Origin: Candidatus Poribacteria bacterium
GTDB taxonomy: Bacteria > Poribacteria > WGA-4E > PCPOR2b
Direction: 5' to 3'
NCBI GenBank assembly: GCA_965116925.1
Contig: OZ220744.1
Location: forward strand, 3,168,001 to 3,232,000
DNA: 64,000 nt
A program made the position numbers and the translations under genes. How positions within the stretch are numbered: position 1 is the first letter of the stretch; every line of letters begins with the position of its first letter. A model generated the notes under the pieces. It saw nothing but the letters and a program-made list of their open reading frames with translations. It did no database searches and was not told the DNA's origin. Below are positions 47,721 through 57,133 of the stretch, piece by piece.

Positions 47721-48557
47721 ATGCGACTTGGCGGACCAGTATTTGGTGAAATTTCCAATCCTGACGATTGGGCAAAAGCAGTCAAGAATCACGAATACAG
47801 TGCTGCCTACTGCCCTGTCAACTCAGACAGCGATGAGTCAACCATTGACGCATACATCGAAGCCGCGAAAAAAGCGGATATCGTCATTGCGGAAGTCGGC
47901 GCATGGAGCAACCCAATCAGCATTGATGATACAGAACGCGAGGCTGCGCTAGAAAAATGTCGGACGCAACTCGCGCTTGCCGATCGGGTCGGTGCAAACT
48001 GCTGCGTCAACATCTCCGGCTCACGAGGACCCAAGTGGGACGGTCCTCATCCCGATAATCTAACAGATGATACCTTTGATCTGATCGTCGAGAGCGTCCG
48101 CTCAATTATCGATCACGTGAAACCCACGCGGACGTTCTACGCGCTCGAAACGATGCCGTGGGCTTACCCCGAAGGACCCGATAGCTACCTGCGTTTACTC
48201 AAAGCCATCGATCGGGGGCAGTGTGCCGTCCACCTTGACCCGGTGAATATCATCAACGGTCTGGAACGCTACTACCACAGCGGAGATCTCATCCGCGACT
48301 GTTTCGCGAAACTCGGCGCGCATATTAAAAGCTGTCACGCAAAGGACATCGCTCTTGCCGATACCTTAACCCTTCACCTCGATGAGACCCGTCCCGGTCT
48401 CGGTGGGCTTGACTATGCGACATATCTGCGTGAACTGGATCGACTCGATCCGGATGTACCGTTGATGCTTGAACATCTCCCATCTGCCGAAGAATACGCG
48501 CTCGGTGCTGAACATATTCGGTCGGTCGCTGATGAAGTCGGTGTCACGATTCGATGA
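47721..48557 (+). CDS. Sugar phosphate isomerase/epimerase (AP-endonuclease-2 TIM barrel)
   Basis: LETM; HLDPVN; CHAKD; MLEH. Confidence 0.85.
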   Translation: MRLGGPVFGEISNPDDWAKAVKNHEYSAAYCPVNSDSDESTIDAYIEAAKKADIVIAEVGAWSNPISIDDTEREAALEKCRTQLALADRVGANCCVNISGSRGPKWDGPHPDNLTDDTFDLIVESVRSIIDHVKPTRTFYALETMPWAYPEGPDSYLRLLKAIDRGQCAVHLDPVNIINGLERYYHSGDLIRDCFAKLGAHIKSCHAKDIALADTLTLHLDETRPGLGGLDYATYLRELDRLDPDVPLMLEHLPSAEEYALGAEHIRSVADEVGVTIR

Positions 48558-48589
48558 ACTTTGTGATAAATCCTTGGTATTTTACGATT

Positions 48590-48700
48590 GGCTCATATTA
48601 AAAAAGCACAAAATACTGAAAAAACCGTAGGCGGGGCATCTTGCCCCGCCCGTCCGTGCCAAAAACTCGGTTTCTGTTGCACGCTTTCTTAACATGAACC
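48590..48700. mobile_element. MITE family G (GGCTCAT[AG]TTAA...TTAACATGAACC)
   Basis: Perfect 8-bp direct repeat TTACGATT; relatives at 26078, 60980-61228, 6668, 41955. Confidence 0.8.
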
Positions 48701-48721
48701 TTACGATTTAAGGAGGATAAA

Positions 48722-49726
48722 ATGACCTCAATAGGATCTGGATTCAAAGCGGCTGTTATTGGCTGCGGCGGTATGGGACGAGGCCATATAGCAAAAGCGA
48801 AAAGTCTGGGAATTGAACTGGTCGGCTATTGCGATGAGATTGGAGAAAAAGCCGAGGAAGCGTTGGCGGAATTTGGCGGTGCCTATGCCACAACCGACGC
48901 CGACCGCATCATGCGCGACGATTCCATTGATCTGATAGTAATCGCCACCCACCACGATGCACACCATCCGCTCGCGCTTGCTGGAGCGCAAGCCGGTAAG
49001 CACATTCTCTTGGAGAAACCGATGTGTGTCACCCGCGCTCAAGCCATCGAAGTGGCTGAGATGGTGGAGCGGACCGGGGTCAAACTTGTGATCAATTGCA
49101 AGTTCCGAATCGCACCCACAGCGCAAAAGGCACGCGAACTGCTAGCCCAACCGCGCATGAGCCACGGTCAGCTAGCGATGAACGATTCCGGTGCGAGCGG
49201 TAGTACATGGGTCTGGCATGCGGACGATGGTGGTGGTCTGTTGATTAGCACCGCCGTCCATACCATCGATCTGCTCACATACCTGATGGATAGCGAGCCG
49301 GATCGGATCTATGCCGAAGGGCGAATCTTTGGGCAAAACAAAGGCACCGCCGGCTACCCTGACGGGCTGGTGGGGACAATTCTCTGGAAGAGCGGCGGAC
49401 TTTCCACAGTAATTAGCACCGATCAGGGCATGAACCCATTTGTGTCCAAGTGGTTCCATCAGATGTGGGATGGCGAGCGTAGCGCAGTCTTTTCCTCTCA
49501 CATGACGCGCGTCGACTTTGGTGGATGCGAAATGGACTATCTGGACGCACGGAAATTACCAGAGGCGGAGATAGCCAAAGCGTCAATGATGGTCAACCTA
49601 TTGGCGGCGATTCGGACGGACGGAGATACCCTGTGCAACGCCCGCGACGGTGTGCGCGCCGTGTCTATATGCAACGCCTTAGATGAAGCCGCTCGCACCG
49701 GCACCCCCCAAACTGTACCGAACTAG
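48722..49726 (+). CDS. Gfo/Idh/MocA oxidoreductase
   Basis: IGCGGMG; GKHILLEKP; GGLL..HTID. Confidence 0.9.
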   Translation: MTSIGSGFKAAVIGCGGMGRGHIAKAKSLGIELVGYCDEIGEKAEEALAEFGGAYATTDADRIMRDDSIDLIVIATHHDAHHPLALAGAQAGKHILLEKPMCVTRAQAIEVAEMVERTGVKLVINCKFRIAPTAQKARELLAQPRMSHGQLAMNDSGASGSTWVWHADDGGGLLISTAVHTIDLLTYLMDSEPDRIYAEGRIFGQNKGTAGYPDGLVGTILWKSGGLSTVISTDQGMNPFVSKWFHQMWDGERSAVFSSHMTRVDFGGCEMDYLDARKLPEAEIAKASMMVNLLAAIRTDGDTLCNARDGVRAVSICNALDEAARTGTPQTVPN

Positions 49727-49904
49727 AACACGATCTCACCGCTTGTGAGAACTGGGGTGCGAGGGGATAAAGCTGTTTTTCCGTTCGTTCATGTATTAAC
49801 TTACTGGTTCATTTAGCCCCAGCGGGGCGACATGTCTATAGTACACGGATAAACAAATATCCTAAAGCCCCAGCGGGGCGACATGTGTATCCGAAGGGTG
49901 GAAA

Positions 49905-51374
49905 TTAATTTGCATTGCCAGATTCATAAATTCGCCAAGCCCCATCCTCTTTCCGCATCTTAATGAGTATATCTGATGGTGCCGGTCTGTTCTCCATTTC
50001 CACTGCTATCCTCTCCATTTCCGCTTCTGCCCCCGGAATTTCCGCTTCTGCCGCCGCTTGGTGGTCTTCCGGTAAATTCTGCATCACCATTCCTATCAGT
50101 TCTCCGATCTGTAGTTTCGGCTCTCTCAACCGGAAATAGAATTCACCGCCTACATATTCTCTGCTCACAATTTCTGCCCTACCAAGCATCTGGCTAAGCA
50201 TCCCCTCGGTGAACTGCTGCGCCTCCGACCCTGCCTCAGCGATTTCTGCTTTCGTGTCTTCTACGGCTGGGATACTACTTTCTATATCTTCCCTGACAGC
50301 TCCTGTCACGAGTGGGAGCATTGCCTTAACGTCGAGATTCTTATACGCCTCCAGATAGGCGTTCATCACATCTTCGGCAGACCGACCCTCATCGTCTAAT
50401 GACGTGGAGGTATCGGTGGAGAGGCTCTGGTCCGCCTCTGGCTCAAATTCTGCCTCCAACATGAGTTGTACTATATCTGCTTCTTCAAATTGATCCAAGG
50501 AATTGTCAACCGGCTCCGTTCCTTCTGCGGACGCTGCAGGGGCAATTTGTGACGGATTGTCCCTGTTTTCTGTATTTTGAGCGGAATCAGTTTGTGCTAC
50601 TAATCCTTCAGAGCTGTTTCGTGGACGTGGCGTGCCATCCTCCCACGGCGATAAATACACCCGCTCCTCGACTATGGGCGCATTCATCTGGCGGACACCA
50701 ACAAAACCGATAAAAATCAGCACAATCAGTGCTGCTACACCAACCGTTATCTTAGGCACCGTTCCAACTTTCATGACAGTCAGACCTCCCGAATATATTT
50801 TTTTTAGTGTCATTGTGGGAGAAACGAATATGCCGGTGAGAAGATATTGCAACCGTTTGGAGAGTTGCCGCTTCGCACGCGACAGCCGAGACGCAACTGC
50901 GTCATACGACAGCCTATGCGTGTTTGTCAGCTCGTCGTAGCTTGCACCCTCCAGATAGAAGGCACGGGCAATTTCCCTGTCTTTCTGCGGAAGCGTCTCT
51001 ATTGTCCGACGAATCAACTCTCTCTGTTCCTGTTGTATCAATTGCTCATCAGGTGAATCCTGCGTTTGAAGTATCTGTTCGTTTACTTCATCAAGGGATA
51101 CAGTCTCGCCCCTCTGTTTGCGGAGCCACTGCCGTGCACAATTCCGTGTAATCTCAGCTAACCAACTCTTGAATTTAGTCGCATCCTCAAGCTGCCCTAA
51201 TCCTTGATAGGCGTTGAAGAAGGCGTCTTGCACCACCTCTTCGGCATCATGGGCATTATCCACGATTCCGACTACGATTGCATAAACATAGGCGTAATAC
51301 TCCCGCATCAGATCCGCAAATGCCCCTTCATCCCCAGTTTGGGCGCGATAGATGAGCACATTCTCTTTAGCCAT
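49905..51374 (-). CDS. ECF sigma factor fused to TM helix and acidic extracytoplasmic domain
   Basis: AEEVVQDAF..FKSWL (region 2); SRLSRAK (region 4); TM VGVAALIVLIFIGFVGV. Confidence 0.88.
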   Translation of the reverse strand: MAKENVLIYRAQTGDEGAFADLMREYYAYVYAIVVGIVDNAHDAEEVVQDAFFNAYQGLGQLEDATKFKSWLAEITRNCARQWLRKQRGETVSLDEVNEQILQTQDSPDEQLIQQEQRELIRRTIETLPQKDREIARAFYLEGASYDELTNTHRLSYDAVASRLSRAKRQLSKRLQYLLTGIFVSPTMTLKKIYSGGLTVMKVGTVPKITVGVAALIVLIFIGFVGVRQMNAPIVEERVYLSPWEDGTPRPRNSSEGLVAQTDSAQNTENRDNPSQIAPAASAEGTEPVDNSLDQFEEADIVQLMLEAEFEPEADQSLSTDTSTSLDDEGRSAEDVMNAYLEAYKNLDVKAMLPLVTGAVREDIESSIPAVEDTKAEIAEAGSEAQQFTEGMLSQMLGRAEIVSREYVGGEFYFRLREPKLQIGELIGMVMQNLPEDHQAAAEAEIPGAEAEMERIAVEMENRPAPSDILIKMRKEDGAWRIYESGNAN

Positions 51375-51495
51375 GGCGCTTCATTCCTCCCTTACACCCT
51401 ATCAAGATGCAGCTCTAAGATTTTTTTGGCACTTTTTTCACTCTGAAATGTCATTCTAGGAGATTTTTTGCCCATTTTTTCACGAAGCCAAAAAT

Positions 51496-51526
51496 AAAAA
51501 GGCGAATGGACGGAACCATTCGCCTT
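51496..51526 (-). terminator. Rho-independent terminator
   Basis: GGCGAATGG/CCATTCGCC stem; T-run on the minus strand. Confidence 0.7.
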
Positions 51527-51567
51527 CTTGTAACATGAGCCTTAAGGTGAATACTTTCAAAAACGAC

Positions 51568-52449
51568 TTAACCCATCTCAGATAACCGCTTCTCCAGCGC
51601 AACCGCCTCCTCTAACTGTTTCATATAACCGATAGAATGCGTTAAATAGGTGTTAGGGTCCGGCCTTGCGGGCAGGCAATCCAAGGAGAGATAGCCCTCA
51701 AATCCGATTGCATCAAGTTCCCTGATCACACCCGTGAAATCAATATGCCCCATCCCCGGCATTTGACGGTTGCTGTCCGCTAGATGAATCAGCATCAGTC
51801 GGCGTTCCGCCCGTCGGATCGCATCGGGGACGGAGACATCCTCAATGTTCGCATGGAAAAAGTCCACCATCACGCCCAAGTTCTCCTGCCCAACTTCATC
51901 AGCGACACCAACGGCGTCAACCACACTGTTCATAAACCCTGCATAGCCTTCAAACCGATTCACCGGCTCCATCGCCACCCGTACACCACGGTCAGCAGCG
52001 TAACGGCTGATTTCGCGTGCGGACTGAACAAAGTTTTGTCTCACCGTTAGGAGCGGAACGTCAGAAACCGGGTACTTCGGTTCAGCCGGGCAGCAGCAGA
52101 TTTCATAGACGGACACATTCAGATCCACCGCTAAGTCTGTACATTTTTGGGCGTAACCTATCGCATAACGCCGAACCACCTCGTCGGTGGAAGCCAAATC
52201 GCGCACCTCGCCGGCGTGCCACGTCGCCCACGCCCCAAGCAGCGCCGCAATCTCCAACCCCATCGACCGCGCTATCTCAGCAATTTCCCGATACCGTTCT
52301 ATCTCGATTCGATCCGGTTCTGCGGTGAGATCTATGCCATCATAGCCAGCGTTCTTGACCAATTCAAGCACCGCACGCGGTTGCTCCCAAATGTCTAACC
52401 CGAAGGTTGCTAGTGTGTCAACGATTACCGAGTATTTCAATTGAGCCAT
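51568..52449 (-). CDS. Sugar isomerase/epimerase (ketose 3-epimerase-like TIM barrel)
   Basis: EPVNRFE; DFFHANIE; HLADSNR..PG.GH. Confidence 0.85.
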   Translation of the reverse strand: MAQLKYSVIVDTLATFGLDIWEQPRAVLELVKNAGYDGIDLTAEPDRIEIERYREIAEIARSMGLEIAALLGAWATWHAGEVRDLASTDEVVRRYAIGYAQKCTDLAVDLNVSVYEICCCPAEPKYPVSDVPLLTVRQNFVQSAREISRYAADRGVRVAMEPVNRFEGYAGFMNSVVDAVGVADEVGQENLGVMVDFFHANIEDVSVPDAIRRAERRLMLIHLADSNRQMPGMGHIDFTGVIRELDAIGFEGYLSLDCLPARPDPNTYLTHSIGYMKQLEEAVALEKRLSEMG

Positions 52450-52569
52450 CGTAATCTCCTTCTATTTTTCCATTGACTTGCTAACCGATTGCTTGTATCA
52501 TCACTCCAAATACAAGCATTCAATCACTTTCCACCTTTTTATATCCATTCCTATGAAATGAGTCCAGAC

Positions 52570-53979
52570 ATGACAAAAACCGATCTCTGCTACTTGTCAG
52601 CCCTGCAACTGCGGGAACTATACCAAAAAGGCGAGGTGTCACCGGTTGAGGTAACTGAAGCGGTACTCCGCCGCATAGATCAACTCAACCCCAGCCTCAA
52701 CGCCTTCATCACGACAACGCCAGAACTCGCGCTTGAGGGAGCGCGCCGTGCCGAACAAGCCTACCAAACTGATGAATCTCCGCCCTTGTTGGCTGGCATC
52801 CCGACCTCAATAAAAGACCTTGTGGCAATGACAGGGATTCGGAATACCCGCGGTTCCTTGCGTTACAAAGATTCCGTATCAGACTTTGATGCACCGATCA
52901 TCGAGCGGTTTCACGAAGCCGGTGCCGTACTACTAGGTAAGACCAATCTGCCTGAATTTGGGTGGAAGGGGGACTCAACGAACCGTATCATCGGTTCTAC
53001 TCATAATCCGTGGAAACACGGTCGTACCGCTGGCGGTTCTAGCGGTGGTGGGACGGCAGCACTTGCCGCAGGGTTAGGACCCCTTGCCCAAGGCAGCGAC
53101 GGCGCAGGCTCGATTCGTATTCCGGCGAGTTTCTGCGGTATTTACGGACTCAAACCCTCGTGGGGAATCATCCCGCAGTATCCTCCCAGTGCCGTCGAAC
53201 TGCTCTCCCACATCGGTCCGATGACACGGACAGTCGCCGATGCAGCACTCATGTTGAACGTCATGGCTGGAGCCGATCCACGTGACCGTCTCTCGATTCC
53301 TACGGAGACCGATTATTTAGCCGCTCTGGAGGGAGATATTGCAGGGCTGCGCGTTGCGTGGTCGCCCGATCTGGGTTACGCACTCGTCGATCCGGAGGTC
53401 CGTGAAATCGTTACGAAAGCCGCACTGCGTTTTGAGGAACTCGGCTGCCACGTTGAGGAAGCCCACCCCGGTCTCGAAGATCCGTGGGAGGACATCGTTC
53501 ATATCATCTGGGGATCCACATTCGCCGGCTTACATCTCGATAACCTAGATGCGGTTCGCGATCAGATCGATCCGGGCTTAGTGAGAGTGATAGAACAGGG
53601 ACTCCAACTTTCGGGGCCTGAAGTTGCCATAGCCTACGCAAAGCGTAATGACTACTACGACGCTTGGCGGCAATTCATGGAGCAATATGACCTCCTGCTA
53701 ACCCCTGCGCTGCCTGTGACAGCGTTTCCAGCTGGCGATGATCATCCGGGACAAATCGACGGCCAACCGACGACCTATCTGAGCTGGACAGCGTTCACCT
53801 ATCCGTTCAACATCACCGGTCAACCGGCGGCGTCCGTTCCATGCGGTTTTGCCAGCGATGGGCTGCCGGTTGGCCTGCAAATCGTCGGACGATGGCGTGA
53901 CGATGTAACCGTACTCCGCGCCTCCGCTGCCTTTGAGAAACTCGCGCCCTGGGCAGATAAACGACCCCCACTCGACTAG
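52570..53979 (+). CDS. Amidase-signature family amidase
   Basis: IKD; GKTN; GGSSGG; GSDGAGSIR; start placed downstream of TTGACT-17-TATCAT at 52473-52501. Confidence 0.92.
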   Translation: MTKTDLCYLSALQLRELYQKGEVSPVEVTEAVLRRIDQLNPSLNAFITTTPELALEGARRAEQAYQTDESPPLLAGIPTSIKDLVAMTGIRNTRGSLRYKDSVSDFDAPIIERFHEAGAVLLGKTNLPEFGWKGDSTNRIIGSTHNPWKHGRTAGGSSGGGTAALAAGLGPLAQGSDGAGSIRIPASFCGIYGLKPSWGIIPQYPPSAVELLSHIGPMTRTVADAALMLNVMAGADPRDRLSIPTETDYLAALEGDIAGLRVAWSPDLGYALVDPEVREIVTKAALRFEELGCHVEEAHPGLEDPWEDIVHIIWGSTFAGLHLDNLDAVRDQIDPGLVRVIEQGLQLSGPEVAIAYAKRNDYYDAWRQFMEQYDLLLTPALPVTAFPAGDDHPGQIDGQPTTYLSWTAFTYPFNITGQPAASVPCGFASDGLPVGLQIVGRWRDDVTVLRASAAFEKLAPWADKRPPLD

Positions 53980-54081
53980 AGGTTGGGACAATTATGTATA
54001 AGGTCCACCAGCTCAATGAACTAATGAACCTATCTTCTATAGCCCGTAGATTGGGTTCCGGTCTTTTGTACCACAATCTGT

Positions 54082-54198
54082 ATGAAGTTTAAGTATTTAA
54101 ATCGGTAATCCCGATTTGCCTCCAAACACACGGTAGGCGCGGTTTTCAACCGCGCCGGTGTCGCTAGCAAATTACCGAACTGTTTTTTTAATTTTCAT
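54082..54198. mobile_element. MITE family F (ATGAA...TTCAT, 117 bp) inside a REP hairpin loop
   Basis: Close copy of 25902-26018; splits CACAATCTGT/TAGATTGTG. Confidence 0.85.
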
Positions 54199-54352
54199 TT
54201 AGATTGTGATTCCAATCCGCAACCTAACAGTTCGCGCTACATTTGTCAGACTGCCCGATGATTATAGTAGAGCCCGTAGGTTGGGTTGAACGACAGTGAA
54301 ACCCAACATTCCAATGAACCGATGAACTAATGAACCAATTTCTTGGAATTGA

Positions 54353-55414
54353 TTAACCCGCAGCAGCTTCGCTATCTACCTTCGACTCAACGCCCTGCAA
54401 CGCTTCCCTAGCCTGCTCTGCTGCCTCCGATGTTGGATCGTTGTTAATAATACGATTGAGATGTAGAATCGCGTGTGCATCGCCCTCCCTCGCAAGATCC
54501 AACGCCTCTGCAAACACCTTTTCGCCGAAGCTAAGATCCCTTGGGACTATCGGATGTTCCAAATCCTCCCAGTAGTACTTCAGGTCGTCCGACTCCCAAT
54601 CCCGGTACACATCCTCCCACTGGAGTTCATCAAACCTGTTGAGGTGCGGCTGCAGCATATGCTCCGCTATCGGATCGCCGAGCGCGTGATACCGGTTATC
54701 CAGTGAGACACGGAGTTTATCCTCTGTGTAATTGGGCAGCGCCTGATGTATCGTCAACGCCAAAAAAATTAAGGAGTCCCCGATCTCATAGTTCGTGGTG
54801 TGCCATTCGCCCTCTATCTCGTCAGCGTAGATCTTTTGAGCACCAGCACCGAGCGAGAAGTGATGATCAAGAACCTTGCCGACCTTGTGCGATCCCGGTA
54901 TCAACGCCAGTCCACCCAGTTCTATTGGACAATCACCGACAGGTGCCCAGCAGGTGTAGGTCTGAAAGTTTCCTTGGAAATGCACAAAATCTTGATGTAT
55001 CGGCGTGGTATGTTCCGTATACTTTGGAAACCATAGACGCGCAATTTTCTGCGGATGGGGCAGCACCGGCTTGCCGATCACCTTCTCCAGCGTGTCGATC
55101 ACCTCGGGCCAATGGCCGGAGCGATGAAACGATTCTAACTTATAAACTTCGTGATAGACATCGGTATACTCGGAATTCCCTTCCGTACATTGGCGCGAAA
55201 TATCGGCGATACCATCCATCGGATCGGTGCCAGCGACGAGCCAACCGCCCTCTTGGATGACCGTCAGCATCTCTCGCCGCAGCGCTAATAGTTTATCCGG
55301 ATCTTGCAGTTTCTTGAAGAAGAGGTAGCCCTCATCCTGAATCCGGCGCTGAAGTTCTTCAGGGTCGTCCATTGCATCGTTGGACACTCGAAACTCTTTG
55401 TATTGATTCGCCAT
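54353..55414 (-). CDS. Phytanoyl-CoA dioxygenase (PhyH) family Fe/2OG enzyme
   Basis: TPIHQD; IPGSH; IHQALPN..RVSLD. Confidence 0.9.
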   Translation of the reverse strand: MANQYKEFRVSNDAMDDPEELQRRIQDEGYLFFKKLQDPDKLLALRREMLTVIQEGGWLVAGTDPMDGIADISRQCTEGNSEYTDVYHEVYKLESFHRSGHWPEVIDTLEKVIGKPVLPHPQKIARLWFPKYTEHTTPIHQDFVHFQGNFQTYTCWAPVGDCPIELGGLALIPGSHKVGKVLDHHFSLGAGAQKIYADEIEGEWHTTNYEIGDSLIFLALTIHQALPNYTEDKLRVSLDNRYHALGDPIAEHMLQPHLNRFDELQWEDVYRDWESDDLKYYWEDLEHPIVPRDLSFGEKVFAEALDLAREGDAHAILHLNRIINNDPTSEAAEQAREALQGVESKVDSEAAAG

Positions 55415-55437
55415 TTTTTCTCCTTTCTTATACTATG

Positions 55438-55703
55438 TAGAACTTACGCAGCTGAACATTCAAAGCCTCGTAGGGGCTACTCTAGTGGTTACCTTCAAAC
55501 ATTACCAAACTGTGAATCCACAATTTCGTAGGGAACGCAGATCTGCGTTCCCTACAACCGCTCACTATAGTGAATTCAAAAAATAAAGAAACACTTGCGC
55601 CCCCCGGTAGGTGCGGTTTGTAACCGCACCGGTTTGGCGTGTCCCATTAATTCTAAAATCTACTATAAATTGCGCTACTGCAAGCTGAAGCGCGTAAGTC
55701 CTA
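55438..55703. mobile_element. Family B shell containing family A (55566-55667)
   Basis: TAGAACTTACGCA...CGCGTAAGTCCTA. Confidence 0.75.
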
Positions 55704-55704
55704 A

Positions 55705-56760
55705 CTATATTGCAACGTTCCGTATATTAGATAAATTCTGATGCACCGTCTCCCATACCTCATCAACGGTGATTAGCTTCATACAGATATTGTTTTTACA
55801 CCTGTTCGTAAACTGTTTGCACGGATTACACGGCACATGATGGCGGATGGTCGTATGGATCGGATCGAGCGGCTGAAAACGGATATGATCGCCCGGTCCA
55901 AACAACGCCACCGTCGGCGTGTGCATCGCTGCAGCGACGTGCATCGGTCCCGTATCGTTTGTGACAAATAGATCACACTGCTCAATCAACGCCGCCAGCT
56001 GGCGGATACGAAGGTTACCGGCGAGCGAAATCGCCTCTGTCCGCATGAGATCTCCCACCTGCTGGACAAGCTCGCTTTCGTGAGGTCCCCCAAAAAGTAG
56101 CACCTGCGCGTCAAACTGATTCGTTATGCGATCGCCGATCGCCGCAAATCGGTCAGGCATCCACTCTCGCAATTTCCACCCCGCGCCCGGAAACAGCCCA
56201 ACCTTCGGCAGATCTGCCTCAACGCTCTTGGTGGCAATCATTTCATCGGCAAAAGCGCGGTCTGCCTCCGAAATAAACAGCTCGAGTGTCCGATCCGTTG
56301 CCTCTATCCCGATTGGACGCAGCAGGTCAAAGTAGCGATCGATAGCGTGCGCTGAGGAAATCCGACCGGCACGGATAGCCTTGGTGTTGAGGTCTGGCAC
56401 ACGGACGGTACACAACACTCCATTCGGTTGATGATACCCAACACGACACTTCGCACCGCTCAGATACGCGAGCAGACTCGTCCGAAATTTGCGCTGGAAA
56501 TCGATCGCCAGATCAAAGTGCCGTTCTCGCAGGAGGCGGATAATCCGTCGCATTTCGCCGGTGTCCTTATTCCCCGCTTTTCGGTCAAACGGAATCACTT
56601 CGTCTATATGCGGACTTTCCGTGAGTAGGTCAGCAGACTGCTTCGCCACTAACATTGAGATACGCGCCTGCGGAAAGTGCTGCCGCACCGCACGGATGGC
56701 TGGCGAAGTCAGGACAATATCGCCAAGTGAACTGAGACGAATGAGAAGGATATTTTTCAT
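55705..56760 (-). CDS. GT9 LPS heptosyltransferase (WaaF-like)
   Basis: RLSSLGD; PGA..REW; NDTGPMHVAAA; ALFGP. Confidence 0.9.
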   Translation of the reverse strand: MKNILLIRLSSLGDIVLTSPAIRAVRQHFPQARISMLVAKQSADLLTESPHIDEVIPFDRKAGNKDTGEMRRIIRLLRERHFDLAIDFQRKFRTSLLAYLSGAKCRVGYHQPNGVLCTVRVPDLNTKAIRAGRISSAHAIDRYFDLLRPIGIEATDRTLELFISEADRAFADEMIATKSVEADLPKVGLFPGAGWKLREWMPDRFAAIGDRITNQFDAQVLLFGGPHESELVQQVGDLMRTEAISLAGNLRIRQLAALIEQCDLFVTNDTGPMHVAAAMHTPTVALFGPGDHIRFQPLDPIHTTIRHHVPCNPCKQFTNRCKNNICMKLITVDEVWETVHQNLSNIRNVAI

Positions 56761-57133
56761 GATTCTGTCCACTTTTAGGTCACGCTAAAAACATCACAAA
56801 TGAGCGAATTTGCTGCCGAGCCGTCGGGAATTTCCTGTCTCGATTTAGAATTTTCTACAATTGAGCTCTGATAACTTCTGGAGTTATTCCTATTAATTTG
56901 ACCATTTATTGTATCACGTTCTTACGTTCAGAGCAACAGTCATTTTTTAATACACAGGACTTACGTGCCTTCAGATTGTAGTTGCCTGATTTATCAGGCG
57001 TATTGTAGTTGATCGGTTCATCAGGCATCAGGTTGCGCTAACATATTCCGCAAAAAGGTGATATAATTTCATTGGGCTTCTACAACAGTCGATTCCCCCC
57101 GTAAATCTCTAAACAGGAGGCATAAACCAACCC

